This document shows positions 1-9,184 of a stretch of DNA of 64,000 nucleotides, one piece after another. Under the pieces are notes generated by a model, which was given only the letters and a program-made list of their open reading frames with translations, did no database searches and had not been told where the DNA came from. Source of the DNA: Octopus sinensis (Eukaryota); contig NC_042998.1 in assembly GCF_006345805.1 (NCBI RefSeq), positions 129,704,001 through 129,768,000 of the forward strand. The letters run 5' to 3'. The translations under genes were made by a program, and so were the position numbers. The stretch's first letter is position 1; each line of letters opens with the position of its first letter.

Positions 1-19
1 TGCATTGCATATAGAAAGT

Positions 20-1404
20 AGCATTACTAGGCATAGTATAAATATTATTTAGAAACATTTGATACTGAGATAAAGAAAACCAAAATAAAGCACACAAATG
101 CTCGATAGTACAGTAACAATTACAACTGGATAATGATGATGATGATGATGCAAGAAATCTAGTCACTGCAATGGATATCTGTACAGTTGCAGTGGTTAGA
201 TATAGTGCGTCTCTTCTCAGCTTCACTGATGAAGAAATATGTAAGTTGGATTGAAAGACGAAAACGTTAATGACATTGTACGGAGCTTTACACCCTAAAG
301 TAAATATAAATAGATTGTATATGAAAAGAAAGAATGATGGTAGAGGTCTCAACGGTGCGGATTATTGCATAAGGAGTGAAAAGAGACCGCGTATAGAATA
401 TTTGGTAAACAGTGGCGAATGATTGTGGCAATGTGCAACAGAATATATGATAAAAATGTAAATGAAATGTTTGGTAAGGAAGAGTTTAACCAAAGAGTTG
501 CAGAGAATAAAGAAGATCTCGAAATGTGAATGCACGGTCAGCTTGACAGAAATACAAGATATCGAGGAGAAAACAGCGTCATTGACATGACTTAAGCAAG
601 GCAATTTGAAGCCTTATAACTTTATCATTGAAAGCCTTATAACGGCAACGCAAAACCAAGCTCTTTCTACCCATTCGGTGACGTATTACATCTACAAAAC
701 GTATGACACCCAAAAGTACAAATTCTGTGAAAAGACATGCCATTTTAAAGGAGATAGAACGATTCATCCTTGCTGCTCAAAAAGAAGCTTTACGAACCAG
801 TTCACTCAAGTGCAGAAGTGATAAGATAGCAGTATCAATTTTGTGTAGACTATGTAAAAATATTACCAGAGACGGTTAGACATTATTAGTGCATGCTAAA
901 ATCTGGCTCAAAGGAAGTACAAAAAACGCTATGACAAAATGAAAGTGCGAATACACTGGTAGTTGTGCAAGAAGTAGGGGCTAGAGTGTTTCCACTAGTG
1001 ATATGAGCACCAACCTTTGCTAGGAGCAGAGAATGATCAGAGGAAAGCACACGGGATATGCTGATCTAAGAAGGAGCTGCAACATAACTGATCAGTTATC
1101 ACCCTCCTATGGAAAGAATCCAAAATATGGATCTTCATCAACATAGATATACCTGCAGACCAGGATATTATGAGGGCAGAGAACTAGAAAATCGAGAAGT
1201 ACTAAGATCTACCATTGAAAATGAAACATCCATAGAGGCTGAAAAGTTTGTGTGATACCTATCGCGATCGGTGCACTTGTGACCATCTCAAAGAAAACAA
1301 TGTTCTGGCATGAAAATCTGCAAATACCAAACTTCATATGAAGTACACAGCTTGTAGCGATACTTGGAACAGTATATATGTTGAGGAAAGTGTTGAGTTT
1401 CTAG
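20..1404 (+). mobile_element. Decayed R4/Dong-like LINE 3' part (thumb, zinc knuckle, RLE); apparently two fused fragments
   Basis: Manual translation with stops/frameshifts: ARNLVTAMDICTVAVVRYS..LHPKVNINRLYMKRKNDGRGL (150-350); ESLITATQNQAL (630-665); second ERFILAAQKEALRT..LCRLCK (750-860); VIPIAIGAL..AILGTVYMLRKVLSF* ending at 1404. Confidence 0.8.
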
Positions 1405-1464
1405 GCTGCGGGATGGCGTTGAGGCATGACATAGAAAACTCAGAAAAAGAAGGAATAATAATAA

Positions 1465-2295
1465 TGAAGGCTTATATTCCCTAATCCAAAGAGAAAAAGT
1501 GCTTAGCAGGGATATTGAGTTATGGTTTGGAATAAATAAATGTGCAGAGTAAGCTATGAATAGAGACCGAAATATAGTTTGTTGGTATAAAATTACCACA
1601 CATTAATATTATGAGATCGCTGCAGAATAACGAGGGGCTAAAAGTAACCAGTAGTGCTGCAAGACGATTGGAAAATGGATTGGGAGATAAGAAAGAAAGT
1701 CTCCAAAATGTCCAAGAGAATATTTATGGTAGGACTCGAAATTAAATGGTGGGAATATTACCTAGGCCATGAATTTATGAGCCAAGACCAATATTAAGAT
1801 CCACTGCTCATGTTTTTAAATGGATAAAGACAGAACTATTAAACTAGGAAGCTCCTCACTATGTACAACACGCACCGCCCTAAAGGTAATACCGATAGAT
1901 ATTACCTATGAAGAAAAAATAAGGAGGCAGATGATTACTAAATGCAGAAGACACCGTTAGTATTGCAACATGGGGCTAGAAGAACGGTATTGTACGTAAT
2001 GAGAAATGATTACTCTCGACGACTAGAAATGCTCCAAAATCCATTGAAACAGTGGTGAAATTCAAGAAGAGAAAGAACAACAGAACAAATAACTCGAAAG
2101 AGAAAGTATTATATGACCAATTCATGCAACAATCCAAGGATGGTGAAAGTAAAGACTGTCGGTTATTGCTGCCAGATGAAAAGCTGTAACAGGAAACTGA
2201 ACTGTTAATTATAACTTTTCAGGAACAAGCCGTAAAGACGAATTTTATAACAGCCATGATAGATAAAACTCAATCGGGGAGCAAATGAAGATTCT
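1465..2295 (+). mobile_element. Decayed R4/Dong-like LINE fragment (end of RT to start of zinc knuckle)
   Basis: DIELWFGINKCA (cf. DIRMEFGLEKCA at 5568), HRPKGNTDR, QETELLIITFQEQAVKTNFITAMIDKTQSGSK*RF; many stops. Confidence 0.7.
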
Positions 2296-2879
2296 ATATT
2301 CCTGAACCCTATGTACTGTGACAAAAGGTTGTGGAGAAGAACAAACGATACTTGTTCTACCTATATTTCCGTCATTAGGATTTGCTTTCATATGCCCTGC
2401 TACAGTAAATGCTTTCATATCCTGTCAGACATCGGTCCGATCACCTGTAATTCCTCCTCCTACTGCCTAGGAAGCACTTCTAGTTTATTGTTTTAGCTTT
2501 GAAAACAAGTATTTCACGTCCCACCTCGTCCTTTATATAAATAATGTATCACCATCAATGCACTGTCTGTTGCGAACATGTATCCGCCCCTCTTGTTTCT
2601 GAGCTTCCTGAGGTAGAGAGACATTTTGAGTCACTTAGCTACCATGAGATGGGATATTGTTGTTGTTGTTTGTGGTGGTGGTGATGCTGTTTTATGGTAC
2701 TGCTTTTATCCCTTTCGACTAAGTTAATAATTATAATCATTTCCTTGATATTTAAATTCCGTAATCGTAATGGTAGTATAACCAATAAATGTAACAATAA
2801 CAATAATGTACACATTATCTCTTCTGTTGTCAGTACATTTTCATTGTAATAATTTCTTTTGCTGGGATTCTACGGTAAA

Positions 2880-3835
2880 TTTACATATATGGCAGAGACA
2901 GTCCGCGCAGGGAAGCATACGTCAGAAGATTTATATTGCTATACTTTAACTGCTCAAGAAAAGAAAAGTAAAGGTTCCATGTGCCGCAAAAAAGGTATAT
3001 AGCGCAGAGAAGAAACTTCGACAGTATATGATAGTTCAGACAGTTGTTGTTTGGTGTGAAATTCTTTGGTGTGATAGAGACATGTTGCAATTATAGCAAT
3101 ATGAAATGAATAAGGGAAAGGAAAACAATACATGGTGGTATGGAAAAGCAATGTATAGATAGTTTGTCAGAAACGATATGGATAAGTAAGGAAAATCAGA
3201 TTTAATGGTAGGAAGTGAAGCCTTAATCTGTGCTGCTCAAAAAGAAGGACTTAGAATAAAATACGCGAAATATCACATCGATAAGAATGTTGAATCACAC
3301 ATATGTAGGATTAGTTTAAAAAAAATGAAAACATTAGCTACATAGTGAGCAAATACAATAAACGTCTACAAAGAGAATATATAAGGAGCCATGAAAACAT
3401 TACCTGAATTGTGATTTGGAAACTGTGAAAATATAATTTGGATAGAGGCAATAAGTGGTACAAACATCGGTAACAATGCAATGGAGAAAAAAAAACAAAA
3501 CAAAGTTAAGTTGTGGGATTTCATCAGTGAATATGAGAAAAGAAGACCAAACATCGTTCACACCAAATTCTCCTGCTGATAATAGCGTTGGAAGAAACAA
3601 GAAAAGCTTGAGAAATACCAAGACTTGAAACTGATGTTGTAAGAGGGGGAAAAAGTAAGAGAGAAAAAAAACTAAAAAAAAAACAAGGAGTTAAAATTAT
3701 GCCGGAGGTCGCTAATTCTCAGTATAGTCAGGAGGAAGATGGAATCAAGCAAGAGAAACATCAGGATTGATATTCGAACAGAGCATCAACCGAAAATAGG
3801 ATTACTTGAAAGAAGGGTACTTCGCCAATAGTTAT
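2880..3835 (+). mobile_element. Decayed R4/Dong-like LINE 3' fragment
   Basis: SDLMVGSEALICAAQKEGLRIKYAKYHIDKNVESHICRI, NKWYKH, KLWDF, EKLEKYQDLK, C-terminal KIGLLERRVLRQ*; homology clear from about 3130, weaker upstream. Confidence 0.65.
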
Positions 3836-3880
3836 GATTTAATCCTTGATTGTAGAAGCGATGAATTATCTGTCTTCGAT

Positions 3881-3943
3881 AACAACAACAACAGCAACAA
3901 CAACAACAGCAACAACAACAACAGCAACAACAACAACAACAGC

Positions 3944-3974
<31 letters not shown>

Positions 3975-3999
3975 CAACAACAACAACAACAACAACAAC

Positions 4000-4032
<33 letters not shown>
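3881..4032. repeat. (AAC)n/(AAT)n compound microsatellite
   Basis: Direct reading. Confidence 0.98.
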
Positions 4033-4033
<1 letters not shown>

Positions 4034-4039
4034 TACAAA

Positions 4040-4982
4040 AGGCACAAAATCTGAAATTATGAAGGATGGAACAAGTCGATCACATTGACATCTAAGAACA
4101 TGCACCACCCAATAGGAGACGTTGATTGTCTGTACCTACCTAGAAGTAATGGGGGAAGATGAATGATGCATGTAGAACTCAACAATGACATTGAAAACAA
4201 CTTATCTAATATAGAGGACTGGATTCTGCGGTTTGTGTGCGAACGCAAAAGCAGCAAAAGTTCACATTCTCTTGTCAAGGAAGCTTGCAAATTCACAAGG
4301 GAATTTGGCATTAACCTTGGATTAGATGAAGAATATGAAACCACTGCTACAAAGAAAAAACAAAACGGATCAAAGAGACTGCAAGAATGAACGCGCAGAA
4401 ACAAACTGAGGAGCGGTGGAGTCAGAAACCTCTGCATAGACATTATGTACTTGGAAGTCGAAATGCTGACGTAGACCGAGCAACAACCCATCAGTGGCTG
4501 AGAATGTCTGGACTGGAAGCAAAGACTGAAGATTTCATATCGGTGGCGCAAGATCAAAGCTCCTGCTTACTGGTATTAACATCATCCTAAGCTAGTTGTT
4601 GATGGTAAAAATATCACTATCCTCTTAGATTTTCCAACGAACATTGACAGAACGATCCGTGATAACCGAGCAGACATAGTCATTAAAAACGGAGAAGTAA
4701 ATACTTGTAGACTAATAGATGGAAGTGTTCCCACTGATAAAAATATATATATAAAGGAATTTGACAAATTAAGTAAATACAAGGACCTGGAAATTGAAAT
4801 ACAAAATATGTGGCATCTTAAAGCGAGGACTGTTACTGATATTGTAGGCGCCCTAGGTATGATAGAAAAAGGACTGTCAGAAACATCTAGATAAGATCCT
4901 AGGAGAACCATTTCTCAGAGAAATCCAAAAGATTGCACTGACAAGTACTGCCCACATCTTTAGAAAAACCTTATCCATTTAA
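4040..4982 (+). mobile_element. R4/Dong-like LINE 3' fragment lacking the CCHC knuckle
   Basis: MHHPIGDVDCLYLPRSNGGR, RWSQKPLH..HQWLRMSGLEAKTEDFISVAQDQS, then directly NITILLDFPTNIDRTIRDNRADIV..LIDGSVPTDKN..KEFDKLSKYKDLEIEIQNMWHLK..IVGALG; stop at 4980-4982. Confidence 0.88.
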
Positions 4983-5091
4983 TAACCTGTGTTGTATAAC
5001 ATCAAGATATTTCTCTACTGCCTCTACCACTTCCCCTCCCAAAGCCTTCAGTCATACTGTAACATCTCTTAGTCTTCACATACCCTAGTAA

Positions 5092-5166
5092 TTTGAACTC
5101 AGAATGCAGCGACAGAGGAAATGCCGCTAAGCATTTCGCCCGGCGTGCTAACGATTCTGCCAGCTC
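5092..5166 (-). mobile_element. SINE family B, 5' head fragment
   Basis: Reverse complement gagctggcagaatcgttagcacgccgggcgaaatgcttagcggcatttc matches the heads at 32644 and 62929. Confidence 0.85.
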
Positions 5167-5203
<37 letters not shown>

Positions 5204-5358
5204 GTAATAATAATGATAATAATAATATTTATGATACTACTACTACTTTAGGAGGGACAACAAGAGTGTCTACTACTACTACTACTACTACTACTACTAA
5301 CACCACCACCACCGCCACCACCACCACCACCACTACTACTACTGCCACCACCACCACC

Positions 5359-5398
<40 letters not shown>

Positions 5399-5402
5399 GT
5401 AC

Positions 5403-5484
<82 letters not shown>

Positions 5485-5508
5485 TATTATTATTATTATA
5501 ATTATAAT
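5167..5508. repeat. Compound (AAT)n/(TAC)n/(CAC)n/(AAT)n/(ATT)n microsatellite
   Basis: Direct reading; contains a 27-nt non-repeat island at 5246-5272. Confidence 0.97.
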
Positions 5509-7194
5509 AAAAGACGATAATGAACTTGAAGGCCTATTGCACACTGTGAAAGCATTCAGCGATGACATCAGGATGGAGTTTGGGCTTGAGAAGTGTGCCA
5601 AGGCCACTTTCCAGAAAGGGAAAGTGAAGACCACAAATTCAGTCATGTTAGATGTTGACACAGTCATAAGAGAGCTTGAGCAAGAACAAACATACAAATA
5701 TTTAGGGATAAATGAAGGCTCTGGTATTCAGCATGCAAGCATGAAAGAGAAGATCAGGAAGGAATGTTATAGGAGAGTTCGTGCAGTCCTGAAATCTGAA
5801 CTAAATGCACGTAACAAGGTGTTAGCTATAAATTCCTTAGCAGTTCCAGTTGTTACTTATAGCTACAATGTGTTGAACTGGAATATGAGTGAAGTAAAGA
5901 ATATAGATAGGAAAATACGCAAGCTGCTGAGTTGTAATAGGATGCACCACCCAAAGGCAGACGTAGATCGCCTTTACCTTCCCAGAGCCCAAGGAGGTCG
6001 AGGCCTGATCCAATTTGAACTAGCTTACAAAACAACCACAATTGGACTGGCCAAATATCTTGAAATAACGAATGACTGGATGCTAAAGCTCGTGGAAAAT
6101 CACGAGAGACGAAAGAAGCTTCATTCTATCATAAAGGAAAGCAAAAAATTTGCTATTGATCTCGTGCAGGATACCCAAACTGAACAGCCCGAGGGAAGTA
6201 CGGCAACTATTGTTGCAAAGAAGGTGAAAATAATGGCAACGAAAAAAGCGTACGGGCAATTGGCTGATAGGTGGGAGGAGAAACCTCTGCATGGCAAATA
6301 TGTGGCCCGTAGCAAACAAGCTGATGTTGACCAGAGGCAAACCCATCAGTGGCTACGGAGCTCAGGGCTAAAAGCAGAGAGCGAAGGTTTCATCCTGGCT
6401 GCTCAAGATCAAAGCCTATTAACCCGGAACTACCAGGCCAATGTGATGAAAAATGGAGCAGACCCAAAATGCCGATTCTGCAACGACATGATTGAAACAG
6501 TGGACCACCTAATCTCTGGATGTAAAGTCTTAGCACCAGTGGAGTATAAATTAAGACATGACAGAGTTGGCCAATATCTACACTGGCTAATAAGTCGGCA
6601 TTACAATATCAAAACTGCCGACAAGTGGTATAATCACCACCCTGAAGCTGTAACTGAAGGAGAAAATGTAACGATTCTGTGGGACTTTCCAGTACATACA
6701 GACCGAACCATCAAAGCCAATAAACCAGATATTGTTGTGAAAGACAAAAACAATAAAGTTTGCTTATTGATCGACATGAGCATCCCCTGTGATCATAATA
6801 TCTCGGCGAAAGAGTTTGACAAGCTCAGAAAATATAAAGACCTGCTCATTGAAATTGAGAAAATGTGGCATCTCAAGGCGGTTACAATACCAGTGATCGT
6901 AAGAGCACTAGGAATGAACAAGAAGGGAACCGAAAATTATATGAGAATGATCCCTGGCTTACCATCCCTGCAAGAAGTGCAAAAGATTGTCTTAACTGGT
7001 ACATCACACGTATTGAGAAGAGCATTGTCGATGTGAGAACTATTACTACCCATGTATTTTAATTTAACTTAAGAAAAAAAATGAACAAACTATTGAGTTG
7101 AGTTTAATGGCCTACCAATGTATACTATGAGTTTCTTTGCCCTAGGAGTCGGGAAGACACCCGGCAAGAAATGGAAGCAAATTTGAAAGAAGAA

Positions 7195-7198
<4 letters not shown>
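5509..7198 (+). mobile_element. 5'-truncated, young R4/Dong-like LINE with 3' UTR and (AAT)n tail
   Basis: Starts at KDDNELEGLL just after where the RT YxDD motif would be, continues into ORF 5537-7036, 160-bp 3' UTR, then (AAT)n; (AAT)n on both sides. Confidence 0.95.
5537..7036 (+). CDS. C-terminal half of R4/Dong-like polyprotein (RT end/thumb, CCHC knuckle, PD-(D/E)xK restriction-like endonuclease), 499 aa uninterrupted but 5'-truncated
   Basis: YKYLGI, HPKADVDRLYLPRAQGGRGL, CRFCNDMIETVDHLISGC, KPDIVV..LLIDMSIPCDHN..KEFDKLRKYKDL. No real initiator or RT catalytic motif, so not an autonomous gene. Confidence 0.93.
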   Translation: MHTVKAFSDDIRMEFGLEKCAKATFQKGKVKTTNSVMLDVDTVIRELEQEQTYKYLGINEGSGIQHASMKEKIRKECYRRVRAVLKSELNARNKVLAINSLAVPVVTYSYNVLNWNMSEVKNIDRKIRKLLSCNRMHHPKADVDRLYLPRAQGGRGLIQFELAYKTTTIGLAKYLEITNDWMLKLVENHERRKKLHSIIKESKKFAIDLVQDTQTEQPEGSTATIVAKKVKIMATKKAYGQLADRWEEKPLHGKYVARSKQADVDQRQTHQWLRSSGLKAESEGFILAAQDQSLLTRNYQANVMKNGADPKCRFCNDMIETVDHLISGCKVLAPVEYKLRHDRVGQYLHWLISRHYNIKTADKWYNHHPEAVTEGENVTILWDFPVHTDRTIKANKPDIVVKDKNNKVCLLIDMSIPCDHNISAKEFDKLRKYKDLLIEIEKMWHLKAVTIPVIVRALGMNKKGTENYMRMIPGLPSLQEVQKIVLTGTSHVLRRALSM

Positions 7199-7262
<64 letters not shown>

Positions 7263-7263
<1 letters not shown>

Positions 7264-7911
7264 GCGTGACTCATATTGTTAGTGCTTGTGACAGTCTTGC
7301 ACAGAATGAGTGCAAATGCAGAAACGACATGTAGCGCAGAACCTCTACTGGCTACTGTGCCGGAAGAACGGATACGACGTAAAGGGTGCTTCGTACCAAC
7401 ATACACCAGAAAAGGGTATAGACGAAAAGAGGAAGGTAAAAATTCTCTAGCACTTTGACTTCCAGACAGACAAGGTGTTTGAGCACCGATAGCTAGACAT
7501 AGAAACCTTTAGGAGGGACAACAAGAGTGTCTAATAATCGATGTGGCAGTGCCAAGAGATTAACATATTATTATGAAAGAAAGAGAAAAGATCGATAAAT
7601 ATGGAGACCTGAGCATTGAGATCGCCAAGATGTGGCAGCTACGAGAGTTAAATATAAAGGTTGACACTATTGTCATCGAAGTATTCGGTTTAATACTACA
7701 AAATCGAAGAAACATCTTGAAACTTTAGAAATACCTTACAATTTAGCTGTAATGCAAAGGTCGGCATTGCTTGGAACAGCACGCATATTGCGTAAAGTAC
7801 TGTCTGTCTGTGTTCCTTGTTGTGATTTGTCAGACAGTACAAACCCCCGGTAGACAAATATATTCAATAAATAACATCACGATATTGGATACTTTGCGAC
7901 ATCTTAAATTA
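7263..7911 (+). mobile_element. R4/Dong-like LINE 3' fragment (different subfamily) with its own 3' UTR
   Basis: VTHIVSACDSLAQ, CLIIDVAVPRD, KEREKIDKYGDLSIEIAKMW, QRSALLGTAHILRKVLSV; flanked by (AAT)n 7196-7262 and 7912-8011. Confidence 0.88.
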
Positions 7912-7919
7912 TAGTAATG

Positions 7920-8011
<92 letters not shown>

Positions 8012-8012
<1 letters not shown>

Positions 8013-8545
8013 GTGGCTCTCATGGCTTCTGATCTTAACTGATTGGAAGTGTTATCATGTACATTGTTTTGTCTTGGTATAAAAGATGGGCTACAGCAAA
8101 TATTCTGCTCAATACCACAGATTTGCTTGTCAGTTGCTTGACCTTAACCAGTTGAGCATGTCCCTTAGTGGCTGACGATATGTGCATCTTTGATCACGAG
8201 CAGAAGTAGTGGAGGAGCATCATAGCCATGTGTTGAGAGGGATTCTTTGGGGTTTGAATAATTCACCTCTGGAAACATGGGTGCTTCTTTCAACATCCTT
8301 AAACAACCCTTATTCAGGGACCTTTTGAGTGGGATGGGCTACTCAACCTGAAGAAAATTCTAACTGGGCCCCACCTGCAAGGTCATGTGCTGTTTATCTT
8401 GATATGAGATCACCATGTCGCGCACATATGGTTGTGATGCATGTGCCTGGTGTACCCTTATCAGACGGGTAGTCATGATGGGTATATTGGGCTTCGTATA
8501 TTTTACCCCAGTGTCACTTTGATGGCATGCACTGCTCTCTCACTC
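8012..8545 (+). mobile_element. About 530-bp non-coding interspersed element in (AAT)n, copy 1
   Basis: About 95% identical by eye to 19533-20074; same 3' end followed by (AAT)n; no long ORF, no obvious tRNA head or TIR. Confidence 0.85.
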
Positions 8546-8570
8546 AATAATAATAATAATAATAATAATG

Positions 8571-8604
<34 letters not shown>

Positions 8605-8730
8605 CAATGATAATAATAATAATAATAATAAAAATAATAATAAAAATAATAATAATAATAATATTAATAATAATAATAATAATGATGATGATGATGATGA
8701 TGATAATAATAATAATAATAAAAATAATAG

Positions 8731-8762
<32 letters not shown>

Positions 8763-8776
8763 TAATAATAATAATG

Positions 8777-8850
<74 letters not shown>

Positions 8851-8858
8851 AAGAAGAA
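8546..8858. repeat. (AAT)n/(GAT)n/(AAG)n compound microsatellite
   Basis: Direct reading. Confidence 0.98.
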
Positions 8859-9184
8859 AAGGGCGCTAACCTTGGACAACGGCTGGACGTGTTCTTTGCT
8901 GTTCTGAGCAGCCAGCCAGCAACCGAAGACACAAAAACGCTAATGCAGAACAACTGAAAAAATAACTCTCAAAAACTGGAATATCTACAATATCCTGTGT
9001 GTATTTTAAATTTCCTTCAAAATAACTTCAAAAACTTACATACATGCAGTTTTTTTCTGGACGAAGGCGCGTATTCGAAAATGTAAACATCCTTTCCATT
9101 TGCAAAAACACTATAGTTTTCTTTAGCCTGACATACAAACGATCATATTTAGAAATTTTAAGAACCCTAATATTCACAATTTTC

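Noticed and set aside
8859-8950. Possible HDV-like ribozyme upstream of the near full-length LINE (ggctgg/ccagcc, tgttctg/cagaaca, GCTAA)
   Set aside because: P1-, P2- and J4/2-like pieces exist, but there is no room for P3/L3 or P1.1, so the nested double pseudoknot cannot be drawn.
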